From Somniosus microcephalus (Eukaryota), in assembly GCA_052327205.1 (NCBI GenBank), contig CM126208.1, forward strand, positions 26,288,001 to 26,352,000: DNA of 64,000 bases, in the 5' to 3' direction. This document shows, in pieces, positions 34,797-48,199 of this stretch (the first letter of the stretch is position 1; every line of letters starts with the position of its first letter). Under the pieces are notes generated by a model, which ran no database searches, was not told the origin of the DNA, and saw only the letters and a program-made list of their open reading frames with translations. A program made the position numbers and the translations under genes.

Positions 34797-36460
34797 ATCT
34801 GCGGACGACAAGCTTAAAAAAAAATTCCAGCCATTTTAAATTTGAAAAATCTACCACCTCTTCTGATTTTCGAAGTGGTGATGGTGTACACTTTGTGAAG
34901 TAACACTGTAAACTTTTGCTATCTAGGAATTGCCAATGGTTTGTTGCGGTACAAAGTACTGTTGAAACTGTTTTCGAACAACTAGATAATTTTGGGGTGT
35001 AACCTTTTAATAACGTGGGGTGGTGGTGAAAGGTAACCAAAAAATGGGAGTTGCCTCTCGACAGATTTCCTATATCCAGCAGTGTAAGGAGAAAAGGAAA
35101 TACTGCAGATTATTCTTGTACTGTAGCCACTAAATAGTCTGATTTAACTTTAGAATATTTCAAAGTAGTTCAAAACCCTGGTTGTATACTGTAATACCTT
35201 TTAAAACCATTTCAGTCACTGACTGTCTGGACTGTCTGCTGAAGAAATTCTATTGTGTGTAATGTGATGACTTCAAAAAAAATAAAATACAATCACTTCT
35301 AATATGAATCACTTAAAAATAAGTGGTCACATTTCAGTGATTTTCAGCATGGCTATAGATGTGAATTACTAAATGCTGGCTATTTCTGAGCTGCAATCTG
35401 AAGCTGACCAGCACACTCCACTCTGCAAAGTTCCCTGAACAAGCAATTGAACTCTGACTGACCTGCATCAATGTTTACTTAAAGAAGGGACACTACCCAC
35501 CTTAACAGAATAATATATTGTGCATTACATGGTATAACACTCCTGTCATAACTATTTCAAGGGTGCAATTTCTTGCTGAGCAGGGAGGGAAGGATCAACT
35601 AATGAGGTGCTGTACCTGATCTGATTATCAATTGCCACGGCACGCATTCTATTTTTTTTTAATCTAGACAATTGGGGATTTTATCTTCACAATATTATGT
35701 TTGTTATATAATCACAGAATCACAGAAACCCCACAGTGCAGATAGAGGCCATTTCGGCCTCTATCCACGTTACCCCTACACCGACACATATCCCACCCTA
35801 TCCCCGTAACCCCCCGTATTTAATCCCCCTAACACTAAGGGTCAATTTATCATAGCCAATCAACCTAACCCGCACATCTTTGGACTGTGGGAGGAAACCG
35901 GAGCACCCGGAGGAAACCCACGCAAACACGGGGAGAATGTGCAAACTCCACACAGACAGTGGAAATGTTTTGTACAAATGATACTTGAACTGAATTTTGA
36001 CCGTACCAAAGTCAGTCTCAACGTTTGGTCCAAGATGACGTTTGGTAGTTGAGTTGTTGAGGATTGTGGTCTCTTGTACACAACCATCTATTTGAAGAAC
36101 AAAATAATCCGCCTACTTTGAAATTCAGCCTTTGGCTCTTGATAAGAGCTAGCTGTCCCAAGCTGGCCTGTAAATTCCTCTTCAAGGAGAGGGAGGCCCA
36201 GTAGAGCTGTATCAATGATTAATGCAGAATCAGACCTACATCTGCCTACTTAAAAACTCCCAAATTTTGAGATTGTATATCCACTTCTGTACATAATCTG
36301 TTTAAATTATATCTTATATATCAGATGGAACTTGCCAACATCCATTTCCTTAATGTCATAATGAGACTCGAGTTGAACTGCAGTGGCTCATTAAGATCAT
36401 TTAATCTTTATAGTTGCTTCAATATGGTTTATTCATTAATAAACGAGTTAGAAAATTAAT
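34797..36460 (+). other. FAM210A: FAM210A 3' UTR with candidate poly(A) signals
   Basis: AT-rich. AATAAA at 35281-35286 and 36438-36443, the latter followed by a T-rich tract. Confidence 0.5.
35714..35960 (-). mobile_element. V-SINE (HE1-like) fragment
   Basis: V-domain-like GTTTGCACATTCTCCCCGTG...TCCGGTTTCCTCCCACAGTCCAAAGATGTG on -, with a CR1-type tail. Confidence 0.7.
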
Positions 36461-36654
36461 CAATTATTTGCTCTTTTTGTTTTACTCCACTATCTTGGGT
36501 AATTTTTTAAAAAGGTTTTCTTGCTCCCTAGTGATGCAGAAAGTATATGCAGTGAGAAACTGAGAAATACAGTCCAGGCAGGTGCCAGATTTGATCCCTG
36601 AGTTGGGTGAACTCAGCCAGGGAAGCAGCTGGCTATACAATTAGCCTCCGTGCC

Positions 36655-37712
36655 GTTGGAATAAACGGGTCTTTTTCCGAGTGGCAGGCAGTGACTAGTG
36701 GGGTACCGCAGGGATTGGTCCTTGGACCCCAGCTATTCACAATATAAATAATCTAGATAAGGGAACTAGATGTAATATCTCCAAATTTGCAGGCGACACA
36801 AAGCTGGGTGGGCATGTGTGCTGTGAGGAGGATGTCGAGAAACTCCAGGATGATTTGGACATGTTGGGTGATTGGGCAGAAACATGGCAGATGCAATATA
36901 ACGTGGATAAATGCGAGGTTATCCACTTTGGTGGCAAAAACAGCAAGGCAGATTATTATCTAAATGGCAACAGATTGGGAGAAGGGGAAGTGCAACGTGA
37001 CCTGGGTGTCCTTGTGCACCAGTTGCTGAAGGTAAGCATGCCAGTGCAGCAGGCGGTTAAGGCGGCAAATGGTATGTTGGCCTTCGTAACGAGAGGGTTT
37101 GAGTACAGGAACAAGGATGTCTTGCTGCAGTTGTACAGGGCCTTGGAGAGACCACATCTGGAGTATTGTGTGCAGTTTTGGTCGCCTTATCTGAGGAAGG
37201 ATGTTCTTGCCATGGAGGGAGTTCAGCGAAGATTCACCAGGCTGATACCTGGGATGGCAGGAATGACGTATGAGGAGAGATTGGGTCGATTGGGCTTGTA
37301 CTTGCTGGAGTTTAGAAGAATGAGAGGTGATCTCATTGAAACTTATAAAATTCTGACAGGACTGGACAGACTAGATGCAGGAAGGATGTTTCCGATGGTC
37401 GGGGAGTCCAGAACCAGGGGACACAGTCTAAGGATAAAGGGTAGGCCATTTAGGACAGAAATGAGGAGGAATTTCTTCACCCAGAGAGTGGTGAACCTGT
37501 GGAACTCTACCACAGAAGGCGGTGGAGGCCAGTTCATTAAATATATTCAAGAAGGAGTTGGGTATATTTCTTAAGGCTAAAGGGATCAAGGGGTATGGGG
37601 CGAAAGCAGGGACCGGGTACTGAATTTGGATGATCAGCCATGATCGAATTGAATGGCGGAGCAGGCTCGAGGGGCCAAATGGCCTACTCCTCCTATCTTC
37701 TATGTTTCTATG
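36655..37712 (+). mobile_element. 5'-truncated CR1 LINE
   Basis: ORF 36816-37574; highly similar to 6905-8012. Confidence 0.92.
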
Positions 37713-37879
37713 CTCTTCTGGATTCGGGAGGTAAGTTTGTTCAGGATTCTGGCTACTGCCTTTCTCTAGTGACTTCCAATATGAGTGTTGATATTAGGAG
37801 AGAATAAGATCAGGCTTGGGTGTGATGCCCTCCACCTCCTGTGAACAAGTGGCCAGATAAGACTCGCTGACTAGGATTG

Positions 37880-40800
37880 TGCAGAAATAATCACCAGCAA
37901 AAGGCAAGGCTGAAGCGTTTGCAGCCAGAAGGGCCGAGTGGATGATCCTTCTCTGCCTCCCCGAGGTTCCCAACCGGTCTTCAGCTAGTTCAATTCACTG
38001 CCGTGATGCTAAGATACAGCTGAGCACACCACACACGAGAGGCTACGCTGACAACAACCTGGCAGTAGTGCTGAAGATCTGTGCTCTAGAACTCACTGTG
38101 CCTCTAGCCAAGCTGTTCTAGTACAGGTACAACACTAGCATCCACACGACAGTGGAAAATTGCCCAGGTATGTTCTGTCCACAAAATCAACTTGTATTTA
38201 TATAGCACCTTTAATGTAGTAAAATGTCCCAAGGTGCTTTGCAGAAGTATAAGACACAATTTGATGCCGAGCCACATAAGGAGAAATTAGGGCGGATGAC
38301 CAAAAGCTTGGTCAAAGAGGTAGGTTTTAAGGAGCATCTTAAAGGAGGAAAGGGAGGTGGAGAGGTTTAGGCAGGGAATGCCAGAGCTCAGCTTAGGCAA
38401 CAGAAGGCATAGTCACCAATGGTTGAGCAATTATAATCAGAAGTGCACAAGAGGGCAAAATTCAAGGAGCACAGATATCTCGGGGGGTGGGGGGAGGTGG
38501 AGGTGGTTTGTGGGGCTGAAGTCAATGGAGATCAAGGGAAAACTCCAGTGGCTGGAGTCATACCTGGCACAAAGGATGTTGTATGTTGGAGGCCAATCGA
38601 TTCAGCTCCAGGACATAAATAAACATTAAAAAAATAGGAGCAGGAGTCGGCCATTTGGCCCTTCGAGTCTGCTCTGCCATTCAACAAAATCATGGCTGAT
38701 CTACCTCAACTCAACCATCCCGCACTATCCCCTTAATTCCCTTAGTTTCCAAAAAATTATCGACCTCTGACTTGAAGATACTCAACAACTGAGCATCCAA
38801 AGCTCTCGGTAGAGAATTCCAAAGATTCACAACCCTTTGAGTGAAGAAATTTCTCCTCATCTCAGTCCTAAATGGCCAACCCCTTATTCAGAGACTGTGA
38901 CACAGTATTCTAGATTCCCCAGCATTTTCTCAGCGTTAACCCTGTCAAGCCCCTTACTGCAAGAGTTCCTCAAGGCAGTGTCCTTGGCCCAACTATCTTC
39001 AGCTGCTCCATCAATGATCTTCCCTCCATCATAAGGTCAGAAGTGGGGCAGTTAGTTGATGATTGCATAGTGTTCAGCTTCATTTACATTTCCCCAGATA
39101 ATGAAGCAGTCCATTATCACATGCAGCAAGATCTGGACAACAGCTGGGCTTGGGCTGGCAAGTAACATTCGCACCACCTAAATGCCAATGACTATCTCCA
39201 ACAAGAGAGAGTCCAACCACTTCCCTTTGACAATCAACGGCAATACCATCACCAAATCCTCCACTATGAATATCGAGGGGGGGTCACAATTGACCAAAAT
39301 CTCAATAGGACAAGCCACATAAATGCCGTGGCTACCAGATTAGGTCAGAGGCTGGATATTCTGTGACAAATGGCTCACCTCCTGACTCAACAAAGCCTCG
39401 CCACCACCTGCAAGGCACATGTCAGGTGTGTGATGGAATACTTTCCACTTGCCTGGTGGGGTTCAGCTGCAACAACACTTAAGAAGCTCAACGCCATCCA
39501 GGACAAAGCAGTCCACTTGTTTTGGAAGTCCATCCATTGCCTTAAACATCCATTCCCTCCACCACAGGTGCACCGTGGCTGCAGTGTGTACTAGCTTCAA
39601 CAATACCTTCCAAACCCGCGACCTCTACCACCTAGAAGGACAAGGGCAGCAGGTGCATGGGAACACCACCATCTCCAAGTCACACACCATCCTGACTTGG
39701 GCCATATATCATCATTCCTTCATCGTCGCTGGGTCAAATTCCTGGAACTTCCTACCTAACAGCACTGTGGGGGGCACCTTCACCACACGGACTGCAGCGG
39801 TTCAAGAAGGTGGTTCACCACCACCACCACCTACTCAAGGGCAATTGGGGATGGGCAATAAATGCTACTCTTGCCAGCGACACCCACATCCCAAGAATTA
39901 ATACAGAAAATATATTTTTAAGCTATCTAAATTTCCACAAGATGGCACTAGAATCTCAATTCTCTCAAAAAGGGTTACTGTAATATTATTGTTCCACCAC
40001 TTCACAAGTACTTCAGTCCACTGCATGGAGTCCTGATAGTAAATGCCATTTGAAGATTATTACTTGACTAGTTTTATGTCTTAATTTGTAATGGTTTGGA
40101 AGGAATGCTACTTGTTTTTGAATGAACACCTACAAATCCATAAGTAATAGCAACTAACTAAATAATTTAACAAATAGATCTACTTTCAATTAAATCTATG
40201 TACCTCCAGTTAGCTGCCTAACTCTTAAACTCCTCCAACTTACTATCTCCCCCTCCACCTTCAAAAGCCTCCTCAAAAATCTCTCACCATGCTTTTGGTT
40301 TGGTAATCTCTAGTCTGTTTAAAGCACGATAGGGCATTTAGTTATGACAGATGGTAATTGGAACATTTAGTCAGATGGTCATGGCCCTGGGAGTTCTCAA
40401 TATAGACACTGGAGCCCATGAGGTTTCACGTCTTTATGTCAAACAAGGCCAAGGAAACCTGGTGATTACTCCCTTCTGCCTCCCACCGCCCAAACTAACA
40501 ATGTTGCTCCATGTTGGAACATCAAAGACCTACCCACCAATAACCTACTTGCTAAAACTCAGTTTACATTCCACCAAAACCACTCGGGTCCAGCCTTAAT
40601 CCAGACATGGATACAAGAGTTGAATGTCAGAGGAGAGGTGAGAGTAGCTGCTCTTAACATCCAGGCTGCATTTAACCAAGTATGGCACCAAGGAGCCCCA
40701 GCAAAACAGAGATCAATGGGAAAATCCTCCAGTAGCTGGACTCATACCCAACACCAATGAAGATGGTTGTGGTTGTCAGAGGTCAATCATCACAACCCCA

Positions 40801-40880
40801 GGATGTCGCTGTAAGAGATCCCAGGACAGTATCCTTGGCCCAACTATCTTCAGCTGATTGATCAATGGCCTTCATTCTGT
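37880..40880 (+). mobile_element. Decayed pieces of the CR1/L2-group LINE with nested L2 and CR1 fragments
   Basis: LKKLNAIQDKA; tail GGGCAATTGGGGATGGGCAATAAATG near 39840-39900; inserts at about 38190-38520 and 38625-38955. Confidence 0.7.
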
Positions 40881-41263
40881 CATTAAATAATTAAAGGGCT
40901 GGATAGCATCCCTATTGATAGATTATTCCAGTTTAATAGATTGGGGAGGACCAGGGGACAAGAGTTTAAACTATGAAAGAGTAGGAATAGATGGGATGCT
41001 GGGCGGTTCCTCTTTTCCCAGAGTAGTGAGCCTCTGGAATACATTGCCCGCTGGTGTGGTGGGTGCTGACTCTACATGCCTTCAAGAGGGAGCTGGACCA
41101 GTTCTCAACTAGTGCAGAGATTGCATCCATTAGAAATCAGGGGTGTCCAAAATGTATATGGTTATGCGAACAAAATTGTGACCTGAATAACGCTGTGTTT
41201 ATATGATGGTTTTAGAACTGGAGACAAAAAGTCTCTTCAGACTGGTATTAGAATAATTAGATT

Positions 41264-42174
41264 CAGGAAACTCTTTGGTATCCGGCACCGACGGGACCGG
41301 GATGTTGCCGGTTGATTAAAATTTCCGGATGACGGAGAGGGTTATCTACCGAGGCTATTTTTAACAAACAAAAATAAAAAAATCAAGAAATGTGCAGTAT
41401 ACAGTAATTGGGTACTCATCTACAGAATCATAATCAACTTTATTGTCATTGTTAGTGCACAAGTGCAGTACAACAAAATGTAGGCTTGCGGCTCCCGAGA
41501 GTGTACATTTAGATTAAGACATTTAAACATTCAACATTCATTTGGCTTGTAATACATTAACATAAATATAACCATAATAAAGTGCATTGGCAGATGTGCA
41601 GGCTTTAGCGTTTATTTGTGGAGTTCAGTAGGATGACAGCCCTGGGAAAGAAGCTGTTCCTAAATCTGGTCGTTCGGGTGCGAATGCATCTGTAGCGTCT
41701 CCCAGATGGCAGGAGGGCGAACAGACTGTGGCTGGGGTGGGTAGGGTCTTTGATGATGGTCCGTGACCTCCGTAAACAGCGTTTCTGGTATATGTGCTCT
41801 ATGGTCGGTAGCCGGGTGTTCTGTTAAATGGATGGTGGAAGATGCTTGATTAAGTACAGTACTGCCAGTTGAGGGTAATCCATAACTCTTTAATTACTTA
41901 ACAGTAAAACAAAACTTATAAACAGAAAAATGGCAGATCGGAAGAGACTACCAGCAGCGCGGGAAAGTCAGACTCCTGTTACTGAGGTGTTCCGACTTCC
42001 GACAGCGCCAAGAAGCCGAGTAGTGGCAGTTTGGAGAACTACCCCCCGACTAACTCGGCCACCGTGGGGGACTCGGCAACATTTCCGGTTACTGAGGTGT
42101 TGTTTTCGGAGTATGAATTTTGTCGCTTAATAGAGAATTCCGGATATTTAGGTGCCATTTAAACGAGTTTCCTG
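41264..42174 (+). mobile_element. TA-targeting MITE, copy D, containing a Rex1/Babar fragment
   Basis: CAGGAAACTC...GAGTTTCCTG|TA; the left TA reads TT. Confidence 0.75.
41435..41825 (-). mobile_element. Rex1/Babar-like LINE 3' end
   Basis: The - strand encodes HPSHSLFALLPSGRRYRCIRTRTTRFRNSFFPRAVILLN, then a 3' UTR with AATAAA. Confidence 0.75.
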
Positions 42175-42369
42175 TAGATGCTTAGAATCTGCTTATTTTT
42201 GGTTCCCCGCGGATGTTATAGCATTTTGCACTGTGACGGTCACATATGACCTTGTTTCTCGGCTTGCTGTCTGCTGTTTGTGTGCTAGGAAGGTTGTTTT
42301 ACGTATCTTTAATTTAACCAACCAAGGCCCAACTTCTTCTTCCATTATTGCTAATAACCATATTATAAT

Positions 42370-42487
42370 AACAGAAAATGCTGGAAATACTCAGGCCAGG
42401 CAGCATCCGTGGAGAGAGAGAAACAGAGTTACCAGCATTTTCTGTTGTTATTTCAGATTTCCAGCATCCGCAGTATTTTGCTATTGC
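42370..42487. mobile_element. 118-bp Penelope pseudo-LTR mini-insertion with inverted 5' part
   Basis: 14-bp TSD AACCATATTATAAT (42356-42369, 42488-42501); inverted AACAGAAAATGCTGG/CCAGCATTTTCTGTT. Confidence 0.78.
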
Positions 42488-43599
42488 AACCATATTATAA
42501 TGTTGTTAGGATTTTGACTTTGTTTATCAAAACTCCTTTAAAATGGGTAAGTTAACCCGTGTATGAGAATAGAAGATATCTTTGGGAATTTAATGATCCA
42601 TTCCATGGTACAATAGACTGACAATACAATAGTTAGTTTTGCATAGCTAAAGCTGCATGAACAGCATGAACATAAATAACTGATAACAAGCAGTTATGAA
42701 CATCTGATGGCCGAGAATGGCTTGTCTGACTCCAAACTAGGGAGGATAGGGCCAAGGGAGATAAGAGAAATTCCGATAGGGAGGCCTTCAAAACGTATAA
42801 ACAATAAAGCATGTGTAATGATTGTGAAGACCCCTCCTGGAGGGAGTATCTTCATCTTGAAGTCGAGACAAAGAACTCAATGCCCAATTGGGTACTGAGG
42901 TTTATGGGGAGCCTCTATAGGTTAAATGGTCGTGTCAATAATTTGGCCTCAGGCCCACCCCTAAAAAGAGAATAAAAGTAACACCCTGAGGGCTTGCCCA
43001 CACAGACGGTGGAGGGCAGAGCCCAGCAGAAGTAGGGCTGGTCGAATGCTTGAGAGTGATCCTATGCTCACCAACTCGGAGGTTCTAGACGAGAGGAAGA
43101 GATGCCACAAGCTAGAGAACTGTTCACGCACACCAGCCGTCTGTCCAATCGGGACCGGTACCAGCTGCTTGTCACAGTCGTATGTTTTTGTTGTATAACT
43201 AGCATGTTATATTCCGTGTTAAACTCTGATTAAACACAATATACCCACGATATTGGTTTGCAGTCAATCCTGATTATTTGAAAGACTAGAGAAAAGGTAC
43301 TAACTGGCCTAATCTCAACACATCCTATAGAAGGTAAGTGTCTTTATAGATAACACTTAGTCCATGTGTTCTCCTGGACTGGTTTAGATAACATGAGGGG
43401 ATCAGAGAGAAATTTTCCAGAGTATTTTTTTCCTCATTGGACTTGGTTTTTTTTCCTCTCCCAGGAGATTATATGACTGCGATGGGAGGGTTGGGGGCGG
43501 GGGGGAGAAGTTTTTAGTCATGATGCTCAGGCCATCATGGTGTGGAGCAGGCTTGATGGCCCAGCCCGTCAATTTCATATATTTGTATATGATCAGGAG

Positions 43600-44390
43600 T
43601 GGAGCCATTTGCTGATTATTCTACAGTGTTTGACTCCATTTACAACTCCTCCAATAATGGAGCAGCCTATGCTAACGTACAGCAGGAGCTGGACAAAATC
43701 CAGGCTTGGGCTGACAAGTGGCAGGTAACAAGTGGCAGATAAATGGCAGGTAACAACCATCTCAAACAAGATAAAGCAGCCACTTCGCCCTGACCGTCTC
43801 CATCACCAATCAATGTGTTGCGGGGTGGGGGTCTCCACTGACCAGAAGCTTAATCAAAACAACCGTATCAATACTGTAGCTACAAAAGCAGGGCAGAGGC
43901 TGGGTACTCCGCAATGGGTGGCTCACCTCCCGACTCCTCAAAGCCTCGCCACCATCTACTCAGCTCAAATCAGGAATGTGATGGAAAACTCACTACTTGC
44001 CTGGATGGCAACAACATAAGAAGCTATACATCTGGACAGAGCAGTGTGCTTGATTGGCATCGGTTACTGGGCCCGATATCCACCCTCTCCACTACCAGGG
44101 CAGTGTGGCTGGTATTACCTATAGGATGCACTGCAGCAACTCGTCCAGGTTACTTCGACAGCAGCTCCTAGTCTGATGACCTCCAACACGGAGGACAAGA
44201 GCAGCAGGATCATGGGAACATTATCGCATCCAAATCACATACCATCCCTACTTGGACACATATCTCCATTCCTTCATCCTGTATTTCCCAAGCTAACAAC
44301 ACCAGAAGGAGTGCAGCAGTTCAAGGCGGCCATCACCATGAATAATAAGTGTAGTCTTGCCAACATCACCCATATCCCAAGAACAAAAAT
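43600..44390 (+). mobile_element. Decayed CR1/L2-group LINE 3' fragment
   Basis: WADKWQV..., ATKAGQRLG; same family as 15497-16905. Confidence 0.7.
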
Positions 44391-45807
44391 AAATATATAT
44401 ATTAATAGAGGGGAGAAATAGAAAAGGAAATAAGAAATCAACATCACAGGCATAGAAATGAAAACTAGCCATTTCAGTATGAACTGAAATGTGTTGTGCA
44501 TTAAAATGTAGTATTAACTACATTAAAAGGGTCACTTGAAATTTAAATCTTGCCAATGATGTACAATACTCGTTTCCTTTATAAAATACAGCAACAATTT
44601 GTTTTCAATTCAGAACATTTAATGCAGATCAAAGGTATAAAAATACAACACAATGAAATGACTAAAGTACAAAGCCTTTTCTATTATTAATTTTTTTTTG
44701 TTGCAACACAGGCTATAATAAGCATTATAAAACATGTGACAATACATGAAATCCACTCCCTCCGCAGAAGTCCCGTGGGGCCAGGTGTGTGTTTTGTCTC
44801 CTGCATCTAGTAGTTTACGCTGTAAACAGTTACATGTGAGGTCTCCTACAGGAGCAGACCTCACTGTCCTTGTAGGTTTTTTTTTTCCTGTTTTCCACGG
44901 CCGATAAAAATAGTTGCAGAATGTGGCATCTGTTCTGTGGAGTTAGCAGTCAGACAGTCTTTAGCCTATGACATACAATGCAGAACATATATTCAGTGCA
45001 ACAGTTCCACTGTATCCATACATTAATAAGTACTTCACAAGCATAGTCATTAAGAACCCAATGGATAATATTCATGGCGGCTGGAGATCAGTTATTGAAT
45101 TCAAGTTCTTTATGACGTTCTCTCAGAGATTGTAACAGCTGACTTGCAGAACTTCAGTTTCCAGATCATTTAAAAAGAGCTGTTGTGTTAGTTGCTAGCA
45201 TATGAATCTAAATTTGTATGAGGCTTGGATTTGTTCTCATTTCACGCTAACTTCTCTAATTCAACAATGCGTACAGAGTGAATCAGTCTGACCATGGGGC
45301 CTGAGCAAATATCGAACCATTTCAGGGTTTCCTCTTATTTTGGCTGCAACACTTGTCCAATGTGATGAACACGTTGCATCTTAGAATGCAACTCTCTGGA
45401 TCCTGAAGCATGTTTAAAACAGTGAGAACGTTTTAATAAAAGAGAAGTAGAACAGTAACCAAGGATTTCAAATCATTTTTAATACTTTATATAGGAAAAC
45501 AGCCTAAATATGATTGGCATTTGTACACGGTTACAAAGGAGATTTACTACCTCTGATTATATGCCTTTACAATACAGAACTGGGAGCAAACATTAAACAG
45601 TAAATTGGTGTATTAGGAGGTAAATTTCCAAACAATGACTTTGCTTTACAGTGAAGACAATCTAAAATATTTGCATAAATCTATTTTCTGGTAGTTACCA
45701 GTCTTCAAAACATACCAGTAGAAGATGGGGAAACATTTTTTAACCCCTTAAATAGACTGAGCTGATAATTCATGAGCTGGTTATGCTTTATACCAGAGGC
45801 AAGTGGG

Positions 45808-46200
45808 GTACGGTACCATAGTGGTTATGTTACTGGACTAGTAATCCAGAGGCCTGGACTAATGATCCGGAGACATGAATTCACAATCCCACCATAGCAG
45901 CTGGGGAATTTAAATTCAAAATAATTAAGTAAATCTGGAATAAAAACAGTAATGGCGGATTGTCATAAAAATCCATCTGGTTCACTAATGTCCTTTAGGG
46001 AAGGAAATCTGCTGTCCTTACCCGGTCTGGCCTATATGTGACTCCAGACGCACAGCAATGTGGTTGACTCTTAACTGCCCCTCTGAGATAGCCTAGCAAG
46101 CCACTCAGTTGTATTCAAGGCAGTGGCTTCTCAAGGGCAATTAGGGATGGGCAATAAATGCTGGCCTTGCTGGTGACATCCACATCCCGTGAATGAATAA
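45808..46200 (+). mobile_element. SINE family B, full length
   Basis: tRNA-like head (ATAGTGGTTA...GAATTCACAATCCC) through to the LINE-derived tail ending GAATGAATAAAA. Confidence 0.78.
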
Positions 46201-48199
46201 AACTAAAAATCCCTCAGATCACAAGATAGCTGCGGACAAGAATGGCCATTTGGCCTAGGCATCCAGAAAGAATAGTCTTCCCCCATCACAGCTTTCAACC
46301 GTTTGTTAAATGCTTCCGGGACTTTTGCCTGTACTACCCTATCCAGAACCTGTAGACGTTCCACGTGTTAATTACTTTTGTGTGTGAAGGACTGACTACC
46401 TGACATCATCCATATGATTTTTTTTTGACACCATACCTAAAACATGCAAAACAAATTGCGTATTTTTTAATTATTAAAAGGTATTCAAAGGTGCACATGT
46501 GGATACATTCAAGTGATAGAACTAATGCAATAATCTTTTTTTCTGTGATGCATCACTGAGGACAAAGGTTTGTACAGATTTTTATATTGTTCTGCCTTAA
46601 ATTCAAATATTCTAACACTGTGGTATCAGTCTTTACCAGGCACAGACACGATGGGCCGAATGGCCTCCTCCTGTGCTGTAAATTTCTATGATTCTATGAA
46701 ATATGAAAAATTACATTATATATATATTTTTTGATGTCATTGCAAAGTATTATTCTCCAAAATGTAATGAAACCCTATATTAGGACTAAGACCACACACA
46801 ATGAGATTTAGGGTGATGCCCTATGCAAATCTGATAAAATATAGTTTTAAAAGTTTTAATTTTCCTACTGTTTCCTCTCAGAGTGGGACTGAAGTTGAAA
46901 TGAAACATCTTGTTTTTAAATGCGCTTCTAAGAAGCCTGATTAATTACATGGATTTTTAAAAACCTTAGTTCTATACCCTGATTTTAATTAGAAATTACT
47001 TCCAGGGTGAAAACTGGAATCAAATACTATATATTAACAATTCTTGCATTTGACACAAACGTCCTGTCCAGACCTCGCTACTGTGAGTCACACTTTTTGT
47101 AATCACATTTAACATCAAAACTGCCTATGTCAACATTTATAATGGAAATCTTCATGTGAACATTATATTAGCAAAACCCCCTCTCAACATTGTCGACCTT
47201 TTACCATTGTGTTTGCTGGTGATTATCTGCCATTTGTTCCTCTTTCAAAAATTCAAATGATTAGATATTTGCCAATAACATTGAAGTTATCCATTAAATG
47301 TTTTTACACCTTTCAAGTTTTTAACTTGAAGGCCATGGCCGGGACTTGGTATTTGTGCCTGGATCGGTGACTCTGTAGCTGAAGGTGGATCTCCAGTCTG
47401 GGCATGAACAGCCTGTACAATTTACCAGCTGTAACATTTAAGCTAGCCAAATGATAAGAGAATGAGAGGGAACTATTACAACAAAATCAAATTACGGAGG
47501 TGAGTGAAAGAGAGAAAAACATACTTCATTAGCTGTAAAGCGCTTTGGGACATCCTGAGGCTGTGAAAGGCGCGATATAAATGCAATTCTTTCTTTCTAC
47601 TGATTTATGATTGCTTTAAAAGTCTTATTCAGGTAAAATGTGTGCGAGTGCATGAGAGAAAACGAGAGAAAGAATGGAAGAAAGAAACATGGACTACTGA
47701 TTTGCGATTGCTTTAGTTGCTGTGTGAATTATAAATACACTCTATAGTCTTCAGAAAGCTATTCATCCGAGTGGGATAGAGACACACACACATATACGTA
47801 CTCATTTTAACTGATAACACGGATCCCGATTTTAATTCTTACAAAATCACAGTTGAACTTTGAAAGCAAACAAAGCCTTTAATGATCTTCTGTGGTTCAC
47901 CGATGCTTAGAAAATATAAACATTTTAATTATGGACACATGCGAGAGGGTGGCAGGGGGGGGGGGGCGAAGTAGAGAGACTGACAGAGAGGAGAAAGAGA
48001 AATGTGTTTACACAGTGCCTTCTACATCATCAGGACTCCTTCAAGTGGTTCACTGTTAATGAATTACTTTTTCCGAGTATAGTTTTTTGGTCGGAAAATG
48101 CAGCAACCAATTAGCACACAGCAAAGCTCCAAACACAACAATGAGTGAATGAACAGTTAATCTGCTTGTTGGTTGAGGGATAGATGTGGGACGAAGATT

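Larger units (their letters stand above)
41128..43320 (+). mobile_element. Solo-LTR-like element, copy 2, with nested insertions
   Basis: 4-bp TSD CATC (41124-41127, 43321-43324); colinear with the reverse complement of 19210-20333. Confidence 0.75.
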
